Positions 45,860 through 60,490 of a DNA stretch of 64,000 bases are shown in pieces (the first letter of the stretch is position 1; each line of letters starts with the position of its first letter). Location of the stretch: contig CM022672.1 of the NCBI GenBank assembly GCA_012295275.1, positions 9,796,001 through 9,860,000 on the forward strand, in the 5' to 3' direction. Made by a program: the position numbers and the translations under genes. The notes beneath the pieces are model-generated. The model did not search any database. It saw nothing but the letters and a program-made list of their open reading frames with translations, and had not been told where the DNA came from. The DNA comes from Chrysomallon squamiferum. Its lineage: Eukaryota > Animalia > Mollusca.

Positions 45860-46255
45860 TATAATTCTCAGTAAAACATAAAATTCTGGTATGAGTCTGT
45901 ATATATTGGTAAAACACAATTTTATGCTTTACGCATGTCAATATACTAAAACCTCACAGCAAGTGTATATCTGTGTATCTGTCAGTAACTGAAACATGGA
46001 ATATGTCTTTGTTAATAAAAAAAACATCAAAAAAAAAAATTTTTACATATGTTTCTCAGTAAAACATAACGTTATAAAAATGTACGTGTTTGTCAATAAC
46101 TGAAAGTTTATGGTTTGTGCGTGTTTCTCAGTAAAACACAACACTACGGATGTGTGTGTTTGCCAATAAATTGTAAATTTATGATTTGTTTGTGTTTTTT
46201 TTTGTCAATGCAATAAAAACACAACATTATGATTAACAAATGTGTTTGCCAGTGT
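45860..46255. repeat. Degenerate ~34 bp minisatellite (GTGTTTCTCAGTAAAACA...TTATG)
   Basis: Repeated CTCAGTAAAACA / GTCAATAA cores. Confidence 0.65.
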
Positions 46256-47839
46256 AATAATACTCATATCCAACAGCTGTAATTCAATAAACAGGTTAAT
46301 AATAAATGAGATAATGTTAGATAAAAGAAGTCATATTATAGCAGACTGCAGCTTCAAACATTCATGTTTATTTGCTGTGTGAAATTATGTTTCTGCTTCA
46401 GCACTTTTGAAAACAGCTTCGACTGTGATCAGGTTCGTAATAAACTGTGGAATACCTTCTGTTTTAAACTGTTTATGCAGGAAAAATACTTGCTGGTTTG
46501 GAAGATGGTATCATAAAACTGAACAGAAGATCTTTCAAGTACTCTCTATTAGAAAACAAAACCGCAAAAGAAATTAGAAGATAAAAGAAATGACGAAAAT
46601 TAGAAAGTGTCATGTTAGATATTAAAAATAAAATATTCCTTTCTGAAGAACTGCATAATGTTAATAATTATTTTTTTTTTTTTTTTTTTTTTTTTTTCAT
46701 TTTTTTTTTATTTTACAAAAAAATGTTCAGTACTTACGATAGTTTAACAGTATACTAGTCAAAAAAGTTAAGGGCCACTTGAACACTGTGTTCAGTACTA
46801 TTTTTCAGTGAAACAAAAACTATATAATAACTGTTGGAACAGCTGACTTATAGATGTCACTTATACCGTCATTTCATAATACCACAGGCCTAACATTTAT
46901 TTCTTAATTTTTCTTTTTTACATTTTATAAAAGTTAACTAATGAACATTTCTACAGCTTCTTGATGTTGTGTTAGTAAATTTACAATGAAGAGACTTCAA
47001 ATGTGTTTTTTGGTTTTTCTTAATATGGTCATTTAATAATGAGTTTGTTATCAGGTGGTTTTTATTTTATTATTTATTTTTTTAATGTATCTTTAAAATT
47101 TTAATAATAATGGACAATTTTGTAATTAATATTGTGTTCTGTTCTTGTTTTGTTATACCAGAACAATTCAGATGTCACACAATAATCAGTTTAGATAACT
47201 GTAATATTTTATAAAAAATACAGAAATATGTTAACAAACCAAAAAAGAATATTTAAAATAAAACCTCCCCAACAACCCCCCCTCAAAAAAACAACAACAA
47301 CAAAACAAAACAAAAAGAAAGCCCAATAACATCCAAAATTAATCCATTGACAAATATGAAGAAAACAAGTCCTGACATTGTTTATACTAAACACTGATCT
47401 TGGTCCATCCCTGCCCCATATCAAGATTATCTAGCATCAGGATATCCCCCAGCACAGAATCCCAACACCTGTTAAAACAATGTACTAGTCCAGTGGCTTC
47501 ACATCAAGTTCTCCAATCAGTCTTGTGTTTGGCCTGTTCCGTGGTCTAATGTTCCATAGCAATGTGATTTGCCTTACAGGATTACACATGAAAATGGTAT
47601 TCTCCAAAGCAGGAAATGTCCAATTCTTATCTTGAATAAAAAGGTTTGTGCATGATAAAATCGGTAATTATGTTTGTCCCAACATTCCAGTGAAACGACT
47701 GGCCAAACTGGACATTGTCCAGCGTCCAGAACACTGCAGTAAATGGTTATGACAAGAAAATGTCTTGTGAAAAACAGTGTATATAAAACATGTTTGAAGT
47801 AAACAGAAATGTACTCATAATTGAAGTAGTTGGAGAAAA

Positions 47840-47877
<38 letters not shown>

Positions 47878-48266
47878 AATAATAATAATAATAAAAAAAA
47901 CAATAACAATAACTTAACAATAATAATAATAACAGCACTAAGAAGAAGAATAATAAGCATAAAGAGGAAAAAAACAAAAAATAAATTTAAATTAACTTTA
48001 CCCAGATCTTTTTTATTTTTAATATATATATATATATATATTTTTTTTTAACACTGGAGACAAAAAGCCTGCACATACTTGATACTGCACACATGTTCAA
48101 CTGTAGATTATTTACACAGCTATTTCATCATAGATGTACACACTTACACAGCTTAAATCATGGGTGTTTAAGTTTTCTGAAAAATATATGGCTTTTAATA
48201 CATATTTTTAATATAATAAAGTTTTATTTTATTTTTTAACTTGTTCTTTCTTTCTACCTTTATTTC

Positions 48267-48323
<57 letters not shown>

Positions 48324-48603
48324 TTATGTTATTGTTGTATTACTGTTATCATTAAGGTTGGTGCTAATTTTTGAATTTTTTTATTTTCAGTGTCATCTGA
48401 CACAGTATAAATATCTAAAGCAGATTAATAATAATACAGTTTCACTTTTTCAATCCCTTACAATATGTATTGCATAGAGATAATAGTTTTATGTTCAGAT
48501 ATGATTAAATTTATCCACACTCCAAAAGCAGATCCACAATTCATAAAAGTGACTGATGTCAAAAATAAATAAATAAATAAACAAATAAATAAATAAATAA
48601 ATA

Positions 48604-48875
48604 CAGACTGAGGATATCTTATCCAAAACTTTGAAATCTGAAAAGCTCAAAAATACTAAACTTTTTCTGAGCTGCAGAAAGAATGATGATATCTTATAGC
48701 TTTTAGATTGTTTTGCATACACAAATGTTATTTTATGCACAAAATAATTAAAAACTTTGTATAAACAATCTTGCAGATTATTTGTATAAGCTGTATATGA
48801 AATATAATAGATTCTATTTTCAAATCCAAAACAATTTCAGTTCCAAGCACTCTGGGATAAGAGATAAGTATACAG
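48604..48875 (+). mobile_element. Decayed non-autonomous pogo/Tigger-type MITE (Tigger4/Zombi-like), copy 2
   Basis: TA|CAGACTGAGGATATCTTATCCAAAA...GAAATCTGAAAAGCTC...TTCCAAGCACTCTGGGATAAGAGATA...CAG|TA; TA flanks on both sides; internal homology to 3205-3475. Confidence 0.7.
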
Positions 48876-49058
48876 TACAAAACTGAAAGGATCAGCATGT
48901 TAACAGGAAATATAGAACCATACTCAATTATAAAGGAGATTAATTATATACTTGTAAACAGTTGATAGGCAATTAAAAATAATTGGATGTTAATAATTAT
49001 GAAAATATCTGTCAAGTTTTTGGTTGCAGGCATACAGAATACAAAATATATGTATATA

Positions 49059-49113
<55 letters not shown>

Positions 49114-49565
49114 AAAATATAATATTCATGCAAATCATTTTTTTTTTTATATTAAAATTCTACAACAACCAATATCTGACAAATTTTGTTTTATATACAT
49201 AGTAGTTTAATCTATTTTCTCTTCTTTTTTAAATCTTTCTTCTTTTTTTTTTTTTATATTTAAATACTGTAACAACAAATATGTGACAAATTTTTTCTTT
49301 TTTATATGTAGCAGCATGATTTATTTCCTCCACTTTCTTTTTTTTCTCACCTCCAGCTCAGAACTGATACAATTAAAAAATGATTATAAAACTATAAAGT
49401 GCTCAAATCAGATTAGCCTATGGAGGACTAATTCAAAGAATTTTAAATGGAAGATTGCATATTTTAAATTATATTTAATCAAACTTAACATTTTGTCAAT
49501 GGACGTTTGAAAAAAAAAATGTGTTTGTGTGTGTTTGTGTGTGTTTGAGTGTGTGTGTGTGTATA

Positions 49566-49615
<50 letters not shown>

Positions 49616-49981
49616 TGAGTGTATGGCAATATAAGCATTTGTAGCAGCAGTAATAACAGTTGCAGTTGCAATAGCAGAAAAAACAATAGTAATAACATTA
49701 GTGTTGGTGGCATTGTGAATATAATGGCAATAACAGTTGCAACATTTGTAACACAGTAGTAAAAGCAATAGCAGAAGTACAATAGTAGTAACAGTAGTAA
49801 TCATAGTAGTAAAGCAGTAACAGAGGTGATAATAGTAGTTGTAGCAGTGGTAATAATTGTAGTTGTAGCAGTGATAAAAGTGGTTGTAACAGTATTAGTA
49901 GTAGTGGTAGTAGTGGTTGTTGTAGTAATATCAGTATTAGTAGTAGTGTTGATAGTAGTAGTAGTACTAGTAGTAGTAGTG

Positions 49982-50012
<31 letters not shown>

Positions 50013-50489
50013 AACTGTTAGCTATAATGGTAAAAGTGTTAATTATAGACCAACCACATAAAACAGCTAGGTCACTGTGTTCAAACTTTGAACATGGCAA
50101 TAATTAAAATCTATTCCTGTCAAAACTATCAGTGTAAAAAGGAGACATTTTTATTTCTCACCAATCTATCTCATTCAGGAACTGGTATCAGGAAAACCAT
50201 TTTATACAAGGTTAGCACATTCTGTAACTGCACCACATACTCACTTTGTCTGGAAAGCATTGGCTCCTTCATTAAAAAAAAAGAAAAAAAAAAGAAGTAA
50301 ATGAAATTCCCAGTACTTTAGATTTTCATATAATTTGAAATGGATTACAGTTGAGTAGAACCATTAAGTTATTTCCTGATCCAGCCACCACTGGTTAGAG
50401 TATTGCAGACTGTGACATACAACTTGTCTGTGACACACAGAACTTGAATCTTATACATCTCTGCATAACCAGAGCTGTATTAGTATAAG

Positions 50490-51230
50490 TAAGATAGTCA
50501 GAGAAGTGTTGGTTAGTATATTTGAAAAGAGTTAGCGGGTTAGAGAAGACTGGTTAGAAAATTAGTAAGTTAGAAGAGAGAGAGAGAGCATGTTAGTAGA
50601 TTAGAAGATAATTGATTAGTATATTGGAAACTTAAAGAAGATTTAGCATGTCAGCAGCTTAGAGAAGAGATGGTGAGTACATTTGTAAGTTAAAAAAGAG
50701 AGAATGTTAATAGTTTAAGAGGGAAGTGGGTTGGTATATTAGAAAGTTAAAGAAGTGTTAACATATTACCATATTTGAGAAGATTATTTAGTATATTAAT
50801 AAAAAAAATAAAGAATAGTTAGCCTGTTGCTAAGATAATGGGTGGTTATTTTATCTGAAGATTAGAAAACTGTTGTTAGTATTTTAATAAGTTATAAAAA
50901 AAAATAGTTAGCATGTTAGCAGGTTACAGAAGAATTGGTCAGTATAAATATAAATTAGAGAACAGTTTGTTAGTGAGTCAGAGAATAGATAACACTGACA
51001 GATTAGAGAGGCATAGGTTAGTTTATCAGTATATTAGAGAAGAGTTAGAATGTTAGTTGGTCAGATAACCCGAGTTAGTATATTTGCAGATTAGACAAAA
51101 AGTTGTTAGTGTGTAGATTAGAGATGTGTTGGCATATCTGTTGAATGGAGAAGAATTTATTAGTATACTATAAAGTTAACAAATTAACATGTTACTAAAT
51201 TTGAAAGAGTTGGTTCATGTGTTTAGAGAA
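50490..51230. repeat. Degenerate purine-rich minisatellite (GTTAGTATATT...GTTAGAGAAG)
   Basis: Numerous TTAGT/TTAGAG periodic cores. Confidence 0.7.
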
Positions 51231-51734
51231 TAGCTGATGCACTGACCTTTAACTTCAGATACGAGTCAGTACTCAGGTTGTAAAACGCTGAAATAATTAA
51301 CCTAAATATCACAGTCATCCCTTTTGAAATTAGTTACAAGAAGGAAATTAAATTACAGTGGCAACCTCATGTATTGAAACAACATGGAAAAGCCTGATTT
51401 TCTGTAACAACAAAAACAAAATCCTTTTGTAAATATTTTATAGCTTTATTTTTATTGTGAGAAAGAAGGCATTCTCTGATCTCCCAGTACTACATCATAA
51501 ATAAAATATGGTACATAAACTGAAATTCTGAATGTTTACATATGATATCCATTATCTAACTTTGACAAATACTTTTTTGTTTTTTTTCCTTATCTGGAAG
51601 TTGTCCATGCCCTAAAGTCTATAAACAATATTTCTGCTGGATGGTTGTACATTTTCTTAAAGTGGGTTTATGAAACATGTGTTTATGTTTTTTCATCTGC
51701 TATTTCTTTGCTCTGTTGAATTGATTTGTCTTAA

Positions 51735-52070
51735 ATATACCTAGAGCTAGCATTGATATGTTGTTTGGAAGAGATGAATTAAAAAAACTCTTGAATATAT
51801 TAAGAGCTAGCACTGATATGTTATTTGGGAGAGACTACTGAATTAAAAAAACTCTTGAATATATCTAAAGCTAGCATTGGTATGTTGCTGGGAGATGCTA
51901 TTGAATTAGAAAATCTTGTAGTATTTAGAGTTAGCATTGATATATTGTTTGGGAGAGACTCTTGAATATATCTAATGCTAATACTGATATGTTTCTTTTG
52001 GGAGAGACTACTGAATTAAAAATCTCTTGTATATATCTAGAGCTAACATTGGCACATTGGTTGGGAAGGA
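51735..52070. repeat. Minisatellite, ~58-62 bp unit (TAGAGCTAGCATTGATATGTTGTTTGGGAGAGACTACTGAATTAAAAAACTCTTGAATATATC)
   Basis: About 6 well-conserved tandem copies. Confidence 0.9.
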
Positions 52071-53399
52071 CCATTTTTCATGCATCCATGCTGTTTCAGT
52101 GATTCAGATTTCAGTCCAAGCCTGCAATAAGGGTAATTTTAAATTTAAATAAATGATTTAACCATGAAATTCAGTATAAATACGTTAGCAATTAAAGCAA
52201 ATCTTTGAACAATGGACATCCAAGCTTTATACTGCTTTATACTGCTTATAACCTCTAAGACTAGAGCAGACAGCAAAAAATTTGAACTGTAGTAAAAAGT
52301 AGATGAAATTTAGATGTTGCACTGGATGAATGCAAAATATGAAATGATACACCAGAGATTCTGTTATAAATCAGTGTATTATGACTACAAAATTAATCAC
52401 TAAAATTATTCATTAGTTTATGAAATTTAATTTTTTTTTTTTATTGTTGTTGTTGTATTAAATTCTATATGACGTACAAAGTTTTAAAAACACAAAATTA
52501 ATGTAAAGAGAAACCTGGATAATAAGTTAACTGAGACAAAATTATTAATACCAAAGATAAAGATAAAAGATAAAAAGGAATGAGAAGAAAATAAAACACA
52601 CTGCACACAAAACATACTAACTAATTTATGGTGACAGTTATGTGCACTCTGCACTGTGAAATACATTAATAGGCTTGAGAACAATATAAACTTCTGTGTA
52701 AGCAAACGACAAAGACATCATTAGTTTCTCTACACTCAATGTTCACTGCTTCAGTCTTTTGTTTGATGATTACTAATTATTCAACTTTTTGTTGCTTGGC
52801 AATAAGATACAATGTTAATAACACCAGTAATTTCTAAAAACATGCATTAGGTATGTATAATGTACATGTGTAGTTGTTAATGTCAAACTGTATTTGTGTA
52901 TGTATAAATGTTCTCAGTGCATGTATTTTGAAAAACTCTAATGCCAAAATATAAATATTCTGTGTGTTTTTCATTACGCTTTTTTTTTTTGGGCAAACTG
53001 AAATACCAAAATCTAATGAATAATCATAAGTTAATAAAACATTAACAGCTTTTGAAACAGCTTTTGAAACAATAACAAAATAAATCTTTGTTAGATATGT
53101 TGGTGTGCATGAGTCATGCTTATGGTTTTACATGGCTTGCAGAAAACCACTGATAAATCTAATAAATTAATAAAAGAAATATTCACAGAAACTCCATCAA
53201 TCGGCATTTTTATGTGACATTTATTAACTAAAATCAATTTTTATCTTTCTCCCATTTTTTTTATTGAAGATGAAGAAAAGAAAAAGTCATTTTATTAAAA
53301 TTCAGCTATAAAAGACATATAAAATAAAATATAAATCTGAATATTGAAAACAAATTCTTGACTTTTGATATTTGTGCTGGTGACATGCTGTCCTTCAGT

Positions 53400-53650
53400 A
53401 AAATACATTCAGACCCTCAGTGCCATACATTTAGTACCCCACTGTCATACATTTGCCCCATCAGTTTCACACATTTTGCTCTCCAGAATAACTCATTTAT
53501 CCTCCTCTTTCACACATTTAGTCCTCCAGTATCAAATATTTAGTCATGCAGTGCCACACATATCAGCTCAGCAGTGTCACACATTTCGCTCTGCAGTGTC
53601 ACTCATTTTTCCCTCCTGTGTCATGCATTTTTCTCTCTCACACTTTCAAC
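53400..53650. repeat. Degenerate ~23 bp minisatellite (CAGTGTCACACATTT)
   Basis: About 10 copies; accounts for ORFs 53358 and 53365. Confidence 0.75.
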
Positions 53651-54218
53651 CAAGTGCAACTGAATACTACTTCTCAGTCAGATCTCCTGAATATCAGCTA
53701 ATCCCTCAAAAATTAAAACATCAGCACGACCATCATTTATAAAGGATCTTTTTTTTTTTCACACTGAACATACCACAGCATGAGTTAACATTATTCTGAT
53801 ATTTAAAACATTCCATATCACTCTGGTTGGTGTGTGATACAGATCATTATGGCTTGAACTGGGATTCTGCTAGCAAACATAAAACCTGACAAGGTCATAA
53901 TTCATTAGAAAGTATAATGGGATACTATATCAACATGTTTTGCTAAACTTCTGAATAATTATTGCTGATGATTGTGAATTAGAATTTTTTTCCTCTTTCC
54001 ATTGTCAGGAAATGGAAATTAATGAACTGATAAAAATCCTCTCTGTTATTACTTATAACACTAATAAATAAAGTTGACAATAAAAATATATATTAGTGAA
54101 TGATATTAATGGATCATTGTTGTTTCTATAATGGACCACAGTATGTTGCTTGTACAAATTAGAGTTCTTACATAACAGCAAGAAATGTAGTAAATATTAT
54201 GGTTACATATTAAATTAA

Positions 54219-54283
<65 letters not shown>

Positions 54284-55817
54284 CAACAACAACAACACAA
54301 TATATAGTTTATCACTAATCCTTTTAGACAGACTATTTTTTTGATTAGCAAAAAAGGATGTTTAATATAGACTTTCCATAGACAGGAAAATAAATGCCTT
54401 TTATAAACCAGTAAATGTAGTAAATATGAATGTTAAATATCGAATAATAAAACAACTTATAGTTTGTTACTGGACATAAATAAGTTGTACTACTTGTTAG
54501 CAGGAAAATATGTTTTATAAAAACCTTTCCCATATATAGATAAACCAGTATGTGTTGGCTTGGACGACATATAGCCAATGGGTGCACTAAACAGACTTGT
54601 TCCTATGACCAACCATTCCTTAATTCAATACTCTATTCATCAAGCCACAGCCCATCCCTTAGTTATTTGTAACAATCCAAATTCTATTACCAAGTGTACA
54701 TCAAAGTCAGAGAACATAACCTGTACACAAAGCAAAGATGACATTGCTGAAAGAAGATTTTTCATAAAGAACAATGTCTGTCTGTCACAAAATTCATGAA
54801 AATTTCATCACAGAACATTATAATGAAATCAAAGAAAACTTTTCACAGTAATGAAAATACTCTATTCATTTATTAATGATGTTTGTGTCTGCTACAAAAA
54901 AAAAAAAAAAACATCAAAAAAAAAAAAATCACAAACTATCATCACAGAAAGCAAAGAAGACTTTTCACACAGAACAATGGCAAGGTGAGTAATGAAAATA
55001 CTCTTTTCATTTATTAATGTTCTAGACATTTTGTGTCTGCCATAAAAATCATGAAATTTCATCACACTGATTTTTATTCCCATCACACTGATGGTTCTAA
55101 ACCTCTTGGAATAAATATAGAAAATGCCATCAGAAAATAACTTGCGACATAATGTGTTATTAACCTCTGAGTGGCAGCTTTTCAGCCATGCTGGACATAA
55201 GAATTAATATCTTGTCTCTTTTTTTTTTTTTTTGTCCAGAAATAACCAGAGTGGGTCACAAATTTTAGACATGAGAAAAAAACCCAAAAAACAAAACAAA
55301 ATGTAAACTGATAACAGAGAAAAAACATTAAAATAAAAAAAATTAAATAATATATAATATGTAAATAAATTATGTAAATAAAATAAAGGTGATAGGTGTT
55401 TTAAACCACAATGTTTGATAACTGAGGTTTCAGACACTGATTAGAAACACAGTGGTGCATAAAGTAGATCCTAAACTTTGCAAATAAACTTTGGTTTGTT
55501 ATATACAATACAGTGTATCTCTCAGTTACTGAATAAAGATGGTTTGAAGCTGAAAGTGAATCATTCCAGACCTGAATGAAAGACAATAAACAAGTTGTTG
55601 TTTCACTGGTTACATTATGCAGCAAAAAACAATTACAGATGTCATACTCATAATTTCATTATGCAATGTGTCCGATTTAATAAGCGAGATAACTGTTATT
55701 AGACTGCTAATTAATAAGTATTTGTATGCTACAAAGAGGAAGAAAAAATAGTTTAATTAAATAAATGTATAACTAAAATCAGTCAATCAATCAATCAATC
55801 AACAATAATAACAATAA

Positions 55818-55856
<39 letters not shown>

Positions 55857-58039
55857 AATTATCAAAATGTGAAATAAAATTTAAAAAGACACAAAAAAAC
55901 AATATATATAAAACAAATACTAATAATAATTTTAAAAAACCCAACTAAATAACAAAGGAGAAAAAGAAGACACAGCATTATTAATAAGATTCCTCATCAA
56001 ATTAGATTAACCATACAACAAACGTACAGACATTAATATTACACAATACTCGGCTGTATCAGACAAAGTATCTATCAAGTGAGTGTTGTTTGACCATGAC
56101 TGACCGTAAGTACTGTTTGACCGTGACAAGACAAGACAAACTGCATTAATGTGACTCTTCAAAGCAACCATTAATTCACAGTCAGCATATGTATGTGAAC
56201 ACACTTCTGATAAACACAGGAGAAAATTTGATTAGTGCTGCCACAACCTTGAGTCTGGATCATAAACCCCACAACAGTACCAAAACGGTACTTGTCTCTT
56301 CATGGTTCTGATGTGTCTATTAACTGTGTGCTATTTGAGTTTAGAACAGAATGTTAATAAATAGATCGTAAAATGAATGTTATGAAAAAAGTAAAGAGAG
56401 GATGCGTTTTAATGTGAAGAACTTAAAAGTAGGGTTTCCGTAGAAAAACATAAAGAAAAGATGGTATTTGAAGAAAAAATTACAACACAAAATTCAAAAG
56501 AAAAATAATGAATTTAACATTTTTTTAAATCTAAAGATTTTATTTATATTTAAAAAAAATAAAATAAAAAATAATAAAAAAAGGAAATAGGTATATGGAT
56601 GATATTTAAAGTAACTTAATGAAATGATGGTATTAAGAATAAAATTAAAATAATTTAAAAAAAAGATAATGTGGTATTTAAAGAAATCTAAAAGAGGCTG
56701 GTATTAAAAAAAGAAGAGTGAAAAAGAGGAAAACGATAATGTGGCATTTAAAAAACATAAGTGAGGCTGGCATTAAAAAAAGAAGAAGAAAAAAAAAGAA
56801 GAAAAAAAAAGAATATGGTATTTAAAAAAATCTAAAGAGAGATGGTATTTAAATCAACAAAGCTGTGAGAAAACAAAGCTTCAGTCAACAAGTTTCTCAA
56901 GATCTGTTATCAGCCATGTTTTACAGCTATTTTCAACACTGAGTGCTAGGTGGAAAACAACACTGTGTTCAGATACAGGTGCAGTCCATTAGCTGAGATG
57001 CAGGCAATGACTCTCCTCATTTATTTCAGAATGTAAACACTGCATTTCATTAACTGTGAGCCTCTTCAGGCTGTCAGTGTATACACATGTATATGGATGA
57101 AATGCTTCTGCGAAATAATACCTACATGAATCATTATATTAAAAAAAAAGAGAGAAATATATCATCATTATTAGAACTTGTATATTAGCTCTGGCATGGA
57201 AGATGAAATGCTTATACATAACAACAAAATTAAAATAATAATAAATATAATAAGAATACTAATAATGATAATGATGGTGTTGGTAATGATGATCATCATG
57301 ATGTTCATGATGTTGATAATGAAATGATGTCGGCCTTGATGATGATGATGATAAAAGAATACAAAAAGACTGAACATTGTAGCAAAATGATTTAAAAAAT
57401 AAGAACTAAAATTGAACAGGGCAGAAACCATGCATAGATTATCACTGAGAACATCTGAAAGAATAAAACAGCAGACTTCTGTACATGACTCAGAAAACAA
57501 GAACAATAAAGATGACAATGATAGTTATGACTGTGGTTATATTTATCATGATGATGGTTATTAAGATACTCCTTGTTAATTTCTTGCAGTATAATTCACA
57601 CAGACGGACACATACATTTATACACTCATACATATACACAAACACACATACACACAGAACAATATATACTTCACAAATACATTTGAGTACACATAATACA
57701 AATTACATAAAAACTGTTTTCTGTTGGTTTTTTTGAAATCTTCAACATAACAGCTGGTCTTCCATGTCATTGTTGGATCATCATGTTTGTTAAAGCTTGT
57801 AGCCAACAAAGACTTTTGTGCTAGCAAATCAAACTAGGAGCCTGGGGATATCCTTCATGATGTTGTCATTTGTTAAGGAAATTGAATTCAAGGCTGTTTA
57901 CAGCTCAAGTGTTACACAAAAATGATTCCAAGATGTCATTTGCAAGTAGATGAGGTGCAAAGCATGATCATTGTCACAGGAGAATTGCTACTTGAAACAA
58001 TAATATGTGAACTTCATGAAGAAACCAGAAGAGTTAATA

Positions 58040-58250
58040 AATGGACAATTACTGGACAAAGGGCAGACAAACATTACCTGGACAGTTAGTGGACAATATT
58101 CCCTGGACAACTGGCAAACATTATGTGGACATTTAGCAGATAAACCTTACCTGGACAATTAGTGGCCAATATTACCGGCACAACTGGTAGACAAACCTTA
58201 CTGGGACAATTAACAATGTTTTATTTAGACAATTAGTAGAGAAACATTAT
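58040..58250. repeat. Minisatellite (CCTGGACAATTAGTGGACAA.CATTA)
   Basis: About 8 diverged ~25 bp copies. Confidence 0.8.
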
Positions 58251-58984
58251 CATGATGATGTGTAAATATGTTTAAAAAGGTCACTCTTTCTTTATAGCTG
58301 CTTTCACACACAATCATTCACCCACACACACACACACACACACACATACACATGCAGACATGCAGATACACAATCACATACACTCACTCACAAATACACC
58401 CACACACAGACACAATCACACACCCACACACAAAAACACACGCACTGAATGTTTCAGTAAATTGAAATAAAGTCTGTTTATCGCATACTCTTCATGAACA
58501 CTCAAACAAAACAAAAAATTAAACATTTCTTGTCGTGTTCAATCAAGCCAGAAATTAAAAAAAAAAATAAAAAAAAATAAAAATAAACAAAAATCTTTCT
58601 GATAAAAGAATTTCTACATTCAAGTTAATAGATTGCCAAACAACAAGTATGCCTTTGTAACGAATATTGAAACAGTAAGTGTGTGTGGTATATGTAAAAA
58701 CAATTACATTTAGCTTCTTCATTTTCAACTTATCTTTTGACTTACATCTTTCAATAACATACAGCAGGGTGGCCAAGATGCTCAGGAACAGAGTTAGGTT
58801 GTCATGTCAAGTATTCTTAGCAGGTAAAATATTGTACTACATTTGGTTTTTTGACTATACAGTTAAATGAATTTTGATGCATTTAGCCGTTATTGTTAAC
58901 ACAATTTTAAAATGAATGTTAGTTATTGAGCATGAATTAGAATATTTAGTACTTTAAAAAACAATATGGTATATTGGTATTTTT

Positions 58985-59520
58985 AACAATTAGTTTAAAA
59001 CTGTAAAAAAAAAAATGTGTCATTATTTAATTTAATAATTAGTGTAAAAGTAAAAAATGTAATTTTGTTACATTTAATAATTAATGTAAAACTAAAAAAA
59101 AAGTAATGTTGATTTACATATTTAATAATTAGTGTAAAATTGAAATAAAATTATAATATATGTAATAATTAGTGTAAAACTAAAAAAAAATAATACTGAT
59201 ATATCTAATAATTACTGTTAAATTGTTAAAAAAATATAATTTTGATATATTAATTAATTAATGTGAAAACTGTAAATAAAATACATTATACTGATACATT
59301 TATTAGCCTAATTAATGTAATACTGATATATTTAATTAGTGTAAAACAAAACAACTGCGATATTTATGCTTTTACTAATTAATGCAAAACTGTAAAACAT
59401 TGCTATATCAATGACAATTTAAAAATTAGTGTATAATGGTAAATACAAAATAACGGATTAAATGAATGCAATGTGATACTGATACATTTAAAAATTAAGT
59501 TTAAAAAAACTTATGTTATT
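58985..59520. repeat. AT-rich minisatellite (TTTAATAATTAGTGTAAAACT...), ~42-45 bp unit
   Basis: About 10 diverged copies. Confidence 0.75.
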
Positions 59521-60453
59521 GATGTATTTAATAAATAAATGACAAAATGCAATATCAATACATTTTGTATTGAAAATAGAAAACAGTGCTAATGATGTCA
59601 GGCAATCTATTAAAGTAACACATGCTGGCCTCAGAGGAATATTTTCAATATACTGAAATAGTAATTATACTAATTTGCATCAGGTTTTAGCTTTTAACAT
59701 ATTTTCAGTGTGTACTGGTATTATTTTCAGATTATTTAATTGTTATTGTAACCCTGTCAGGTAAAATAGGAGAAGAAAAAAAAGAAAAAAAAAAAAAAAA
59801 CTACTAATAATAACGTATAGTAATAAATATTAAGCATACATGCATGTTTTATTATAATCCTGCAAAGAAAGATTTAAAAAAAAAAAAATGTAATAAATAT
59901 TAAGCATGCATGCATGTTTTATTCTAATCCTGCAAGGTAAGATAGAAAAAACTAATAATAAAATGTAATAAATATTAAGCAGGCGTACACACTGAAATGC
60001 AGTTTGGAGTATAATATAAAACAAAAATTCAAATCATGGAAAAAATATAATCTGTGTGTATAACAGTGCAGTATGTGCATGTAACAATATGATGAACTGT
60101 ATATCATACTGGATGGTGCACTATTACAATGCTAGCAACTGGTATCAGTTTTTATGGGCAATTTGATGTTATATTTATAGGGTTGTTGTTGGCATTGTAC
60201 TAATGAAATTTAATTAAAAAAATGAAATAAATTAATTAAAAGTATACGAATATAAGTAAGTAGTATGTGAGCATTTCTGTGTGTGAATATAAGTGTGAAT
60301 ACAATTGTATATATGTTATTGCGTTGTAAATGTCCGGGTACATGCGCATGTGTAATGTGTGTATGTGTTTGTGTGTGTGTATCTGGTTTAATGTATGTGT
60401 GTGTGTTTGAGTGTATCTGGTTATGTCTATATGCATGTGTGTGTGTGTAATGT

Positions 60454-60490
<37 letters not shown>

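Noticed and set aside
46750-46800. Tc1-like terminal sequence (TATACTAGTCAAAAAAGTTAAGGG)
   Set aside because: No matching opposite TIR or transposase remnant found.
51735-52070. Regularly spaced repeats superficially like a CRISPR array
   Set aside because: The whole unit is repeated with no unique spacers, there are no cas genes, and the context is eukaryotic.
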